Shown here: positions 12,655 to 26,299 of the stretch, one piece after another
Numbering within the stretch: the stretch's first letter is position 1
How the letters are laid out: each line of letters starts with the position of its first letter
Assembly (NCBI RefSeq): GCF_006345805.1
Contig: NC_043011.1
Location: 17,186,464-17,250,463, forward strand
DNA: 64,000 bases
Direction: 5' to 3'
Source of the DNA: Octopus sinensis
Taxonomy: Eukaryota
The notes under the pieces: model-generated
What the model was told of the DNA's origin: nothing
Seen by the model: the letters and a program-made list of their open reading frames with translations, nothing else
The model's database searches: none
Made by a program: the position numbers and the translations under genes

Positions 12655-13690
12655 CAGTGGTGGGCACGGTTCTGCTAATCGATTAACAGATAATTAGTGA
12701 AGCTAACTTTTTGTTTAGCAAATTTGCGTTTTCATTAAATTTGGAAACCATTTACGGACCAACTAACTTCTGCTAAATTTAGTTTCACTAACTTTAAATC
12801 TGTTAATAAAATTCATACATTTGTTCCTGTCTGTTGGGTGCATGTCTTGAAGAGTCCGTCAGGCATGCTATTGGCTGACTACATTTACATGTGACAAGAC
12901 ATGATTGATCGATGGAGCAGCAGCTAGCTGAGCGGCATTGTTTAATTCTGCAGTTTAGAGTTGTGTTCACTTACGACGTTGTCACATTACAGGTAGTCTT
13001 ACAGTGTCAGTGACAGCACTGAATGTTATTGGCTTATCAAGTTATCGCTTATTGTTATGGAAGGTGAAGACGTTTTTGTTTGGTCTGAGGATGAAGGGCC
13101 TGTTGAGGAGTCTGTAACAGCTGTAGGTGAGGCAGAGGCCACTCAGGTTGAGAGCCAGGAGTCTCAGAATCCGTTCCCCACCTGGAAGACTACTTTGTCC
13201 TCACACCATGGGATAAAAGGAACGCCAAAATCCTGTACTTCTGGGGTGTCATGTGCCAGCCCAAGGAGACCCCCATCAGGTGACAAGCAGTGAGCCTCTA
13301 CAACTTGAAGTCACATGTCAAGAGGAAACGCCAAGTGCTCGTCATCCAGTTTGAGGTGGGGATCAAGGCTGGATCTTCCTCTGGGAAACACAGGCAATCT
13401 TCTGGTAGCAGTGCCAGTAGCCAGTCATCACAGCCATGTGCAAAGAAAGCACACCAATGCATCAGCCCAAACTGCTGGCACTGGCATCCGTCAGTCTATT
13501 GTGAACAGATGGATTCTAGACCTGTTTGTTAACAACATGCTACCGCTGCATGTAGTGGAGTCCCCCACCTTTGTCAGACGGATCAAGATGCTGAACCCCA
13601 GCAAGACGTCGAAGTCCCACCGCACCCTGGGCAGAATTATCTTGGCCAGCCATAAACAGTTGAAGTATCTTACAAGATATTTATGAATTA
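12655..13690 (+). mobile_element. hAT DNA transposon 5' remnant with frameshifted BED-finger transposase
   Basis: Terminus CAGTGGTGGGCACGG; fragments MCQPKETPIR, SLYNLKSHVKRK and ILDLFVNNMLPLHVVESPTFVRRIKMLNP match hAT/ZBED N-terminal motifs. Confidence 0.75.
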
Positions 13691-14029
13691 AAATTATACA
13701 TGTTTATTAAATTATTATCATGGCATACTTCATATTTTCTTAATTTAATTTAATTATTTATAAAATAATAATTTTTTTAATTAATGTAATAAAATGTATA
13801 ATATCTAATTGAAATAAATGTCATAATATATAATATGCGGTATATTCCACTAATGTTTAAGTCTGCACAGCCAAAACAGCAATATTTAATGTAATAATGA
13901 ATAAACGAACCTTAAGTTCTGAAATTATCAAATTCTGATCATCATTCCATCTCCCATCTCAGTTATTCCCCTCCCCACACAAATAATCTTTTACAGTGCA
14001 ACGTTTCTTTTGTATTCTATATATATACA

Positions 14030-14110
<81 letters not shown>

Positions 14111-14327
14111 ACACATACACACACAGATGCAGTATGGAATTTTGTCAGTGAACAGGTCACGGTTTCAAAGCGGCAAAAATATTTTGACATATTAAATTTA
14201 AATGTTGAAGTGAATCTAACGGCTTTTGTGTGTTTTTAAATGGCTTATAAACATGTTCCATGGTGTAATTGTTTTTGTTTAAGCATACAATCTCAGATCA
14301 AGTCACTTGCTATGCAAGTACATCTCC

Positions 14328-14366
<39 letters not shown>

Positions 14367-14496
14367 TTAAGCTTTTAATTTTACAATTTATGTCTCTTAA
14401 CAATTTAGCATTTTGGTGAACTGGCTGGACCCCAAAACCTACATGGGACAACATGCCATCCTGGCCTGTTCTATAGAACTGAAAGAAGCCTGTCGA

Positions 14497-14536
<40 letters not shown>

Positions 14537-15439
14537 ATAGGTATAAGATTGTGTGCCTGTGTTTGTCTCCCCACCATCGCTTTACAACTAGTGCTTGTGT
14601 GTGTCTGGCAAAAGAGACTGAAATTTAAGTACGAGGTTTAAAAACTAGAAAGAAATACTGCATTGATTCATTTGACTAAAAAATTTTCCAAGGCAGTGCC
14701 CCAGCATCTCCGCAATCTAGTGACAGAAACAAGTAATAGATAAAAGATAAACGAATATGGGAATGATATTTGCAACTGAGACTCAACAACCATATCTGAT
14801 TCCTTAAGTGCTTCACTTCTGTATGTGTACATACATCTATTTGATTGCTGACATTTAAAAATGGTTCCTTTCATTGATGTGATATGTTATTTTCTATTAT
14901 TAATAAAACTGTCGGCATTTTTCATGACACAGGTATGCTAGTTAGTAAATAATACAGCAATATTAAAATGCTGATATTAAAATAAGATAAATATCTCCAA
15001 TAGTCAATGTGGAACTAGAAAGAAAATAATACCGATGTGAGAATAGTTCTCTGAAGGCAGAAATAGAGTACATTTAGGGAAATTATAAAATATGGATTTG
15101 TGCCAGTTACTGTTGAGATGTCAGGTGTTCTAGGAACCCATACTAATGATTTCCTCTGCAAAAAAAGGGATAATGGTGACCCATTGGAGGAATGGGCCCT
15201 ACAGTGGTGACCACATCATTATGGTTACCACCACGGAGCATGGCTGCACACACCATTTGTTCAGGGATTTGTGGCCATCGCCCCACCTCCATCGCCCACC
15301 ACTTTACCCTGCCTCTTTTTATTTCATTTTCTTTCTTTTCCTTTCTTATCTCTCTTCTTCCCTGTTTGTTTGTATTTAAATGTCGTAATAAAATAAAGAT
15401 GATTCTTTTGATTAAAAACAAAACTATTAAACAAGTTGA

Positions 15440-15760
15440 AATGTTGTTGTTTGTTTCTTTGTTCCTTCTCGAGCCACACCTGGCTCATAAGGGCCAGTTT
15501 CCCGGTTTCCTTGGCATATAGGATCCCCACCTGGACGGGACACCTGTCCATCGGAAGTGAGCTGCAAGATGCAGGAGGAAAGAGTGAGAGAAAGTTGTGG
15601 CGAAAGAGTCAGCAGAAGTTCGCCATTACCTTCTGCCGGAGCCGCATGGAGCTTAGGTGTTTCACTCATAAACACACACATCGTCCGGTCTGAAATTCGA
15701 ACCCACGATCCCTTGACTGTAAGTCAACTGCTCTAACCACTAGGCCATGTGCCTCCACAA
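15440..15760 (-). mobile_element. tRNA-derived SINE family E
   Basis: Reverse complement of GTGGAGGCACATGGCCTAGTGGTTAGAG...GGCTCGAGAAGGAACAAAGAAACAAAC. Confidence 0.85.
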
Positions 15761-16269
15761 CATGTTTAAATGACTATAAGGCATAAGAAGAGGGCAGAAT
15801 CAGAGCATGGGTAAAGTAACTAACTATTGATTGGAAGTGTAAGGCGTTGGTTATAACTGTAATTTGGATTTAGAACACAAAACTTGACTTCTGTAGTGCT
15901 GCAGATCATGCTAGTATGATGTGCCAGCTGTTGAAAAATAACATGATTGCTGATTGTAATTAATTTGAAAGGGAAGTAAACTTCTATAAGTACAAGTTCA
16001 AATTATGATTACAACACAATGTAGCATTCCCTTTTACAATGAATTGGCAACATATCAAATGTAAATTGAAAATAGAAAACAAGGTGATTTTTAATTGAAA
16101 TCTCTTTAGAAAGTAAAAGAAAGACAAATGATTTTGTAAATGCTAGTGGAATGGCAGAACATATGGTATTACAAGAAAAAAAGGAAGAATGAGAGATAAG
16201 GAAAATTGAGAGATTAGGGAGATGAGAAAAGTAACATATAGAAAATGAGAGAGAAATAAAGAGAAAGAA

Positions 16270-16990
16270 TGAAATAGAAAAGGAGAGGTATTTCGTGTTG
16301 CAAGACTGTGTGAGACTGTGTGAGAGACAATCATGATGTCATAGGAGAGAAATGTGTCTGCATGGATGATGGCTCACTTGCAGGCTGTAAAGAGAGAGGT
16401 TTGGATACGCCATTATGAAAGGTTGCTAAATAAAGAGAATGAATGGGAGAAAGAGAGTCTGCTGAATGCTGACCCAACAGAGGGACCAGCTATCAGAATT
16501 GATAGTACCTTGGTAGATAAAGCAATTAAGGGTATGAAGACAGGGAAAGCCTCCAGCCCATCAGGAATCGCTGCAGAGATGCTCAAAATATCTGGCAGTG
16601 TAGGCTATAGCCTAGTCACCTGTATAGTCCACCAGGTGATACATGAAGGAGTCATACCCAATGACTGGTGTAGCAGCACCATAATCAACTGCTACAAAGG
16701 TAAAGGTGGCACATTAGATACAAAAAATTACAGAGGTATCAAGTTGTTAGATTAGGTAATGAAAGTCACAGAGAGGGTCATAGCCCAACTAATTAAGGAG
16801 GGAGTCAACCTAGATGAGATGCAGTTTGGGTTCATACCAGGTAAAAGCACCACTGATGCTATATTTCTGGTAAGGCAGCTGCAGGAGAAAATACCTAGTC
16901 AAAGATAAACCTCTGTACCTGGCTTTCCCTGATCCTTTATCTGGTTGGCAATGAGGAAACCAGGTATAGATGAATGGTTAGTGAGAGCGT
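16270..16990 (+). mobile_element. RTE LINE reverse-transcriptase fragment
   Basis: KASSPSGIAAEMLK..IPNDWCSSTIINCYKGKG..NYRGIKLL*VMKV..QFGFIPGKSTTDAIFLVRQLQEK. Confidence 0.9.
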
Positions 16991-17390
16991 GACAGTTGCC
17001 AGGGCAGCTGACTGGCTCCTGTGCCAGTGGCATGTAAAAAGTATGATTTGAGCATGATCTTTGCCAGTGTCGCCTTACTGGCACCTGTGCTGGTGGCACA
17101 GGAAAAACATTTGAGCGTGGTCATTGTCAGTGCCACTGGACCGGCTCTTGTGCTGATGGCACATAAAAAATACCATTTGAGTGTGGTCCTTGCCAGTACC
17201 ACAGCACCACGTAAAAGCATCCACTACACTCTCAGAGTGGTTGGTGTTAGGAAGGGCATCCAGCAGTAGAAACTTTGCCAGATCAGACTGAAGCCTGGTT
17301 CAGCCATCTGGCTCACCAGTCCTCAGTCAAACCGTCCAACCCATGGCAGCATGGAAAGTGAATGTTAAACAATGATGATGATGGTGATGA
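16990..17390 (+). mobile_element. Family C element
   Basis: GGAAGGGCATCCAGC core and (GAT)n tail. Confidence 0.8.
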
Positions 17391-17773
17391 ATTTAGCAGT
17401 TTGATAAAACAGATTAATAGAAAAAGTACCAGAATTTTTAAAAAATGGTAAGAGGATCTATGTTTTCATCTAAACCCTTAAATGGCTGCAGTTCAATGAT
17501 TGAAACAAATAAATTATAAAGGACAAAAATAACTGTCCTTGGTGTTAATTTTTGAATATTAGACGGGGAGGGGGGGGCAAAGCAGATTTTTAAATTCAAA
17601 ATCATGTAGGAACAAGTGTTTTGTGCTGGATCAAGATAGATGTGGAGAAACTGAATGAAGAAAGGAATGGAAAAAATTAATATAGAGGAATGAGAATTGA
17701 AAGATGGATGAAGAAAAGCAAAGAAGATCAAAGCATAAAACTGGTTTTCTATATTTTGTAATTCAGTGCTTAC

Positions 17774-17848
17774 ATTCACAGAATGGTATCTTTGAAGTGT
17801 CTTCTTCAGTTGAATACAAGCAACATTTTCTGAATGGATTATTCTTTC
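17774..17848 (-). other. Candidate orphan exon (75 nt)
   Basis: Acceptor TTTTTTGGGGTTCTTTCACTATAG and donor AT|GTAAGC; two frames open (ERIIHSENVACIQLKKTLQRYHSVN or KNNPFRKCCLYSTEEDTSKIPFCE); protein not recognised. Confidence 0.35.
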
Positions 17849-18294
17849 CTATAGTGAAAGAACCCCAAAAAACAAAGAAACTGAGCAAAATCAAAATGAA
17901 CTAATATTTAATTACAATTACAGAAAATCAATAATTTATTAATGATATAAGTTTATAATACATAATACATTCTGATAAAAGCTACAAAATACATGATGAT
18001 ACAAAAATTCTGATGAAAGTTAAAAATATATGATGAATCAATGAAATAAGACATTTATATCTTTTGCTTTAACTTTAATTAATAATATTCATTTATAAAT
18101 TTATATTTGCTAATTTAGATCTAAAAGAGAAAAGTTGCAAACATTGGATCTTAGCACTTCCAAAGACAGGCTTCTGTTTATTGATGGAAGAATGTCTGAC
18201 TTATATTCTGATCCTAACAAATATTTTATGCAAAAGTGCCCGAAATATAAATTTTGTTCCTGATCAAAATAATCATTTAAGAAAAATGACTATA

Positions 18295-18700
18295 TAGGCA
18301 TAAGAGTGACTGTGTGGTAAGTAGCTTGCTTACGAACCACATGGTTCTGGGTTCAGTCTCACTGCATGGCACCTTGGGCAAGTGTCTTCTACAATAGCCT
18401 AGGGCCAACCAAAGCCATGTGAGTGTATTTGGTAGACAGAGACTGAAAGAAGCCTGTTGTATATATGTATATATATATGCATGTGTGTATGTATTTGTGT
18501 GTCTGTGTTTGTCCCCCCCCAACATCGCTTGACAACCGATGCTGGTGTGTTTACATCCCCGTAACTTAGCTGTTCGGCAAAAGAGACTGACAGAATAAGT
18601 ACTAGGCTTACAAAGAATAAGTCCTGGGGTCGATTTGCTCAACTAAAGGCGGTGCTCCAGCATGACCACAGTCAAATGACTGAAACAAGTAAAAGAGTAG
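18295..18700 (+). mobile_element. SINE family B
   Basis: Full-length match. Confidence 0.85.
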
Positions 18701-19406
18701 AGTATATCCTTTAGCACTAAGCACCCACTAAAGCCCCCTTTTGAGTTCAGAATTCCTTCAAGTGGGCACTATCACAGTTTAACAATTACTAGTCTAGAAT
18801 AAATCCATATCAGGTGCCCATTTCATTGCCAGTAACATAGTAAAAATACAACCAGTTAACTGGTAAGTGGTTGGTTACAGAATGAGCTTTCAGGTGTGGA
18901 AAAACATTTGTAAACCAATACATTATAAACTGCAACATAGGGTACTGGCTTTTGAGAAGGGTAACTGAATTTTGGCCAAATTTTGGCACAGGACCAGCAG
19001 TCAGGGGGGAGCTGATCTACATCAGCCTCAGTACTTGACTCGTACTTATTTTATCAAACTACAAACTACATGTTTCTTACATTTATTAAAATGACTTATT
19101 GAAGAGCACTTTTGTTTATAATCTCCTCCCTGATGAGACCGATGCATTTTTCCACATTATTCTTCCTCTCAGATTTATTTCAATGCATCTATTGAAACAT
19201 ATGTCGGTGATATGGTGGTATAAACGATTTGAATAACATTTTGAGTGTTTGTTTTCATTTTCCATTATTCTTATATGAAACTCTTTAACTCTTTTACTTG
19301 TTTCAGTCATTTGACTGCGGCCATGCTGGAGCACCGCCTTTAGTCGAGCAAATCGACCCCGGGACTTATTCTTTGTAAGCCTAGTACTTATTCTATATAT
19401 ACATAC

Positions 19407-19522
<116 letters not shown>

Positions 19523-19658
19523 ATATATATATATATATACATGATACAGTGAATAAACTGTTGCCTAAATTATGCAGAAATGAAAATAACACCATCTCAT
19601 CTTCACAAATATACTTATGAAATTACATAAAAATATCTTGAAATACTAAAGAGTAAAT

Positions 19659-20350
19659 TTATTCAATACAATCACCATTGGCTTCAACCACGGCCCCCAG
19701 ACAACTTCGGAATCTTCTGTAACTCTTCTGGGTGGTCTCCTTGTTTAAGATGGTGAATGCTCCCATATTCTTTGCCTTCAGTTCATCTTTGGTGTTACAA
19801 AGAGTTTTGTTAGTCTCTTGCTCAACTGGTGGTGATGTTATGCCTTCATTCATCTTCCCACATGGCCTCACACTCAACACAGAGCCGTACATCAAGTGCC
19901 TAGAGAAGGTAGTGCTCCATACATAATAAGGAGGTTGCAGTCTGGGGAGTTAAGTGGCCAGATGTTAGGGGTGATGAGATCACAGAAATTGTCTGACAGC
20001 CACGACTGGGCTCTCCTGCTTGTGTGGCATGGTGCAGATTCCAGCAGCCACCCTCTTGACTCGGGGTAGCACTTCCTCCTCCAGGCACTTGATGTAGGAC
20101 ACCATGTTGAGTGTGAGGCCATGTAGAAAGATGAATGTAGGCATGACATCACCATCACTAGCGATCATTCAAAACACCATGATGTGAACTGGATATTTGA
20201 TATTTATCACTCTCGATACATATCCTCAGATTGTACTGTCCCCAGATTGACACCCAAACACTGAAATGTTCGTATTGTAGTTTCTGGTGTGAATGCCAAG
20301 CAACACAGCATGTTGTTACTAAATTTCTGGCTGTTGTTTTTCTCACAGAT
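19659..20350 (-). mobile_element. Tc1/mariner DD37D (maT-like) transposase remnant
   Basis: SDGDVMPTFIF..SAPCHTSRRAQSWLSDNF..WPLNSPDCN..KETTQKSYRRFRSCLGAVVEANGDCIE*; spacing fits D(37)D; frameshifted. Confidence 0.85.
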
Positions 20351-20479
20351 GGTGCTCAACTGACCCTACTATACTGTGTAGTCAACAAAATCCAAAACAA
20401 ACAATACACATGCACAATATTAGAAATATCAACTGGTGACAATTTACCCATTGCACCTTGTATATGTAAGTATATATAA

Positions 20480-20529
<50 letters not shown>

Positions 20530-20643
20530 TCATCATCATATTTTAACATCTGCTTTTTCCATGCTAGCATGGGATGGACGATTTGACTGAGGACTGGCGA
20601 ATCAAATGGCTGCACCATGTGTGTGTATGTATATATATATGTG

Positions 20644-20688
<45 letters not shown>

Positions 20689-20748
20689 TGACAAGCACAT
20701 ATATACATACATGCATGCATACATACATACATACATACATACATACAT

Positions 20749-21450
20749 TTTATGGCTGCCCCCACGTTATCAAGTATGGCCATTGCACGAAGCTTAACTG
20801 TTATTGGTGCTGTGATCAAATGTGACTTTTTAGCCCAGCTAAAGATCTACAGTGTCTTGTACAAATTGGCAACTAAAACCTTTACTGATAATAGCCGGCT
20901 GTAGTTGTAACTGGGCTTCATGTACCTTTGCATGTCGTTTAAGTCCTCCTGCCGAATTACACTCTCTTCCACATGCCTGACAGATATGATTAGTATGGTG
21001 TGTTACACCACCACCAGTGGCCAGGTTGTCACTCATCTGCCTTGTTTTATGACTACGAATATGACTCATGAGTCCAGCTTTACTGAGGCAGGGTCTTTCA
21101 CAGACATTGCATGTCAGAATCAAAGGAAGACCCTTCCCTTCTGGAAGTGTAACAGTGATGCCCTTCCTGATATCCCTCCTTACTTTCTCATGTGCAACTC
21201 GAGATTTCTCAAATGTGGCTGTCCCCTCATTCACAATCCTTCTCCACCTGCTACGATCAATAGCTATGCCTTCCCATGTGTCAGGAGAGATGCAAGCATC
21301 TCTTAAGGAAGCCTTCAGCAAGTCCTTATACCTCTTTTTTGGTTTATGTGGAGGTCGTTCTCCTTTAGCTAACTCTCCATAAAAGAGTTGTTTTGGCATC
21401 CTTGAATCCTTCATTCTGACCAGATGACCACTCCATCTGAGCCTTTGCTC
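20749..21450 (-). mobile_element. RTE (BovB-like) LINE 3' end with C-terminal C2H2 zinc fingers
   Basis: QRLRWSGHLVRM..PKQLFYGEL..RYKDLLK..DRSRWR; CNVCERPCLSKAGLMSHIRSH and CQACGRECNSAGGLKRHAKVH; (TGTA)n after the 3' end. Confidence 0.9.
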
Positions 21451-22484
21451 ATACATACATACATACATACATACATACATACATACAAACATACATACAT
21501 ACATGTGTACACACAATCAAACATACATACATTCATGTGCACACACAATCAAATTTTTATATATAATAATAAATGCAAATATGACACATACAAAAGAATC
21601 CAAGATGATGTTATTTAAGACTGAAATATAAGCTCTATCACTTTCTTTGGAAAATGTATAAAATAACTGATTAAAATAAGAGAAAGTAAAATTTTCACAT
21701 TTTCACCATTCTGTTTATCAAAATAAAAATCTAAATTAGAAATCTTTGCATATCAATTTTCCTGGATGTTGATATAGCGAAATTTGACAGATGAATAACA
21801 GATTTTGTATTGAAATTCTAGTGAGTTTACAATAGATACACATTTACAAAACAACGTATATTTGATGGTAAAGATTAAAAAGAATGAAAGGAAGACAAAG
21901 ATTGCTGAAGAAAAATGGGGAAGGAAAGGAAAGGAAGGAAATAATATAGATAATATTTGCAGAAGCAAATAAATGATGTCTAGTTATTCAGTAGGAATGG
22001 AAGAAAAACCTTCCCTTGGGGGATAATAAGAATATGGATATAGTTTTCATATTTGTATTGAGCTTGATTTGTGATAATGTAAACTTCGATGATAATCAAA
22101 AAGTTTTGTTCGGTTTTAACAACAAATAAGATCCTTTTTTTTTTCCCTGTTATTTATTTGGCTGTTACTGGTTTTTGATATTGGACTGAGGCCATGCTGG
22201 AGCGCTACCTTCAACGGCATTTTTCAATCATATTTATCTCATACTTGCATCAATAAATGTTCTCCATTTACTGAATATTGAGATAATTTAACAGCTACCG
22301 TTTTGTATAAAGTGATGCAACTCAATGCACCATTTTTTTCCTAAACACAAGAATGAACATCTACACACACTATGCAAGGGATATCTACTCACATACACAC
22401 AGTTACATACCTATATATGGTGAGCTTCTACAGCATATCCATCAAGCAAATTTCTTTTACATCACAAAATATCAGTGAACATAA

Positions 22485-22658
22485 GGCGTAGGAGTGGCTG
22501 TGTGGTAAGTAGCTTGCTTACCAACCACATGGTTCCAGGTTCAGTCCCACTGTGTGGCACCTTGGGCAAGTGTTATTTACTATAGCCTCAGACCGACCAA
22601 AGCCTTGTGAGTGTATTTGGTAGACGGAAACTGAAAGAAGCCTGTCGTATATATGTAC

Positions 22659-22710
<52 letters not shown>

Positions 22711-22962
22711 GACTGGCTTCCGTGCCGGTGGCACATAAAAGGCACCTACCAATCATGACCATTGCCAACCTTGCCTGGCATGTAAAAAGCAACCACTACA
22801 CTAACGGAGTGGTTGTCATTAGGAAGGGCATCCAACTGTAGAAACACTGCCAGATCAGACTGGAGCCTGGTGCAGGCTCCTGGTTTCCCAGTCCCCGGTC
22901 AAACCATCCAACCCATGCTAGCATGGAAAACGGACGTTAAACGATGATGATGGTGATGAATG

Positions 22963-22994
<32 letters not shown>

Positions 22995-23210
22995 ATGTAT
23001 GTTTGTGTGTCTGTGTTTGTCCCCCCAACATCGCTTGACAACTGATGCTGGTGTGTTTACATACCCGTAACATACCGGCTCGGCAAAAGAGACCGATAGA
23101 ATAAGTACTAGGCTTACAAAAAATAAGTCTTGGGAGCGATTTGCTCGACTAAAGGCGGTGCTCCAGCATGGCCACAGTCAAATGACTGAAACAAGTAAAA
23201 GATAAAAGAA
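22485..23210 (+). mobile_element. SINE family B split by a family C insert (22712-22960) in its (TA)n
   Basis: B 5' half, (TA)n, C copy, (TA)n, B 3' half. Confidence 0.85.
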
Positions 23211-23690
23211 TAAGGTTTATTTGAAGTTACTTGTCCAAGTAATGTGTTTGTAAAGTAAACTTCTTTACTACACAGCCATGCTTGCCCCTAAATTTTATAT
23301 TTTACACCATCAATGGTAGTGCTTTAAGCAATGTTGCTCAACTATCAAGCATCTTCACCAGTAATAGAAAAGTGGTTGTGCAGGATAATAGGATGTACCA
23401 CATATTACTCCATGTCTAAGGAATATAGTCTACTAATGTGTCTACTAACGGAGACATTCATCATAACTCATTCTCAGTCATGTCTCTATGAATTAAAATT
23501 CTTTTAATTTATTATAATTATGCATTTATTTTATAAATTTCTCATGATGAAATATAAGGTAAATAAATTTATCGTATATTGCATTGTATATAGGAATAGT
23601 GATTGAGTGTTATCTTTGAAATAGGAGTAAAAGTGTGAATATATATCTATGATCATTTATAAGTAACTGAGTGTGTATATAATGAAGGCA

Positions 23691-23729
<39 letters not shown>

Positions 23730-23749
23730 TCTCAAAGACTATACTCTCG

Positions 23750-23923
23750 GAGACTACACTCTCAGAGTGATTGGTGTTAGGAAGGGCATCCAGCTGTAGA
23801 AACTCTGCCAGATCAAGATTGGAACCTGGTGCAGCCATCTGGTTCGCCAGTCCTAAGTCAAATCGTCCAACCCATGCTAGCATTGAAAGCAGACGTTAAA
23901 CAATGATGATGATGATGATGATG

Positions 23924-23925
<2 letters not shown>
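23750..23925 (+). mobile_element. Family C 3' part
   Basis: GGAAGGGCATCCAGC core and (GAT)n tail. Confidence 0.8.
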
Positions 23926-23954
<29 letters not shown>

Positions 23955-24121
23955 CATTAAATTTTTATCGACAATTTTTTGTTTTGGCGTATCTGGCATT
24001 AGAATTTTTCTTCTGCCCTTATCTTGTAAATTATGTATAAATTTTACCTTTAAATGCATTTTTTGATATGCTGGCCATTGATAAAATTTTTTTCCCGAAA
24101 AAAATTTTATCCTATATCAAT

Positions 24122-24159
<38 letters not shown>

Positions 24160-24559
24160 AATGCTATACAATTGTGTATGTGTAATGATGTTTATTTTCC
24201 ACATTCTGCTGCTTTGTGTTTGACTTGAAAAATTTTCATCACTTATCATAACTCTGTTTGCGTGATTCCTGCTGATATAATTCTAATCCACTTTCCTGAT
24301 CACTTCCAATCAGCCCCATAATATTTTAATCTATTATCACAGTTGTGTACCATTGTGGTTCATTGAACTATTTCTCCTATCCATCATCTTGATCACTTCT
24401 ATCCCCTCATCTATATTTTCTTTATAATTGTCTCTCTCTTTATATGTAGCTATTTAGTTTTTTATGGAATTGCACCTGACCTGGAGTTGATTTACAAAAC
24501 CCAGTTGTTAAGCTTTTTCGCTTTTTAAATGAGAACCCATTTTAACTTAACTTTTGTAG

Positions 24560-25210
24560 TAGGCATAGGAGTGGCTGTGTGGTAAGTAGCTTGCTTACGA
24601 ACCACATGGTTCCGGGTTCAGTCCCGCTGTGTAGTACCTTGGGCAAGTGTCTTCTACTATAGTCTCGGGCTGACCAAAGCCTTGTGAGTAGATTTAGTTG
24701 ACAGAAAAGGCGGCGAGCTGGCAGAATCGTTAGCACGCCGGGCGAAATGCGTAGCCGTATTTTGTCTGCCGCTACCTTCTGAGTTCAAATTCCGCAGAGG
24801 TCGACTTTGCCTTTCATCCTTTCTGGGTTGATAAATTAAGTACCAGTTACGCACTGGGATCAATCTAATCAACTTAATCCCTTTGTCTGTCCTTGTTTGT
24901 CCCCTCTATGTTTAGCCCCTCGTGGACAATAAAGAAATAAGAAACTGCAAGAAGCTCGTCGTATATATGTATATATATATGTATATATGTGTGTATATGT
25001 TTGTGTGTCTGTGTGTCCTCCCAACATTGCTTGACAACCGATGCTGGTGTGTTTATGTCCCCGTAACTTAGTGGTTCAGCAAGAGAGACTAATAGAATAA
25101 GTTCTAGGCTTACAAAGAATAAGTCCTGGGGTCGATTTGATCGACTAAAGTTGGTACTCCTGCATGGACACAGTCAAATTACTGAAACAAGTAAAAGGGT
25201 AAAAGAGTAG
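24560..25210 (+). mobile_element. SINE family B split by a family A insert (24707-24940)
   Basis: B sequence resumes at AAGAAACTGCAAGAAGC after the A copy. Confidence 0.85.
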
Positions 25211-25312
25211 CAGCCCTTTATTGTATGTTCCTTTCACCACAGGAAAATTTGTCCCATTTATTTTCACCATAAACATTTTGTAAGTGGTATTTCTGTCATA
25301 AGTGGTATCTCT

Positions 25313-25553
25313 GAAGGTGACGAGCTGGCAAAAATGTTAGCACGCCGGGCGAAATGCTTAGCGGTATTTCGTCTACCATTACATTCTGAGTTCAAATTCT
25401 GCCGAGGTCGACTTTGCCTTTCATCCTTTCAGGGTCGATAAATTAAGTACCAGTTACACACTGGGGTCGATGTAATCAACTTAATCCGTTTGTCTGTCCT
25501 TGTTTGTCCTCTCTGTGTTTAGCCCCTTGTGGGTAGTAAAGAAGTAGGTATTT
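25313..25553 (+). mobile_element. SINE family A (1 unit)
   Basis: Head plus a single 184-bp unit. Confidence 0.85.
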
Positions 25554-25591
25554 CTGTCATAAGAATTTTTACCATAAATATTTTTGACGCC

Positions 25592-25685
25592 AGGTCAAAT
25601 TATAATACTGGTCAAAATATAATACTGGCCAAAATATAATACTGGTCAAAATATAATACTGTCAATATAATACTGTCAAACTATA
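25592..25685. repeat. 17-bp tandem repeat, about 5 copies
   Basis: ATAATACTGGTCAAAAT starts at 25602, 25619, 25636, 25653, then a degenerate copy. Confidence 0.85.
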
Positions 25686-26299
25686 GTACAGAAAATGAAT
25701 GTACCTGGTCCGATGTTGCAATTTAGTTTGTTATCTTCCTGTTAGAGACCTTGCATTTTGCTTGTTTTAATTCTTTCATTAGTTCACAATCTTCTGTGTT
25801 ATTACAATAATTTTTCTCATAATTTGATAAACAAAGTGTTTTGCAGCTGAACAAGCAAACTATGAACCTCATTGTAAGTTGTTTAAGTTGAAGTATAATG
25901 AAATGTATATAAATATTTATAAGCAACTGTGCAAGTATGATACTTACAAACGTGTCTGTCTGTATGTGTATATAGGCTTGATTGCTTGAACTCATCAAGA
26001 CATTGTTCCAACATGGAGCCATGTAGAAAAAATATTAAAAGATATATGTGATTACTATCACATGCTCATGATATTGTGACACAGTTGGAATTCTGTCTTG
26101 TTTTCATGACAATGAAAAAAATTAAAGAAAAAAATGATGCATCAGATTATTTTCAAATCTAATTTCAGATATATTTATTGTCATAAAGGGAACATAAGCA
26201 TTTAACTCTTCACTACATTTATGCTAATATTTAATGAAGCTAAGGGTATTCGATAATGAAAGAATTCAAAGAGTGAATGTACTTGATAATAAGATTATG

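Noticed and set aside
14127-14335. Ribozyme in a short element between microsatellites
   Set aside because: Only partial motifs (GAAAC, CTGACAA) with no consistent stems.
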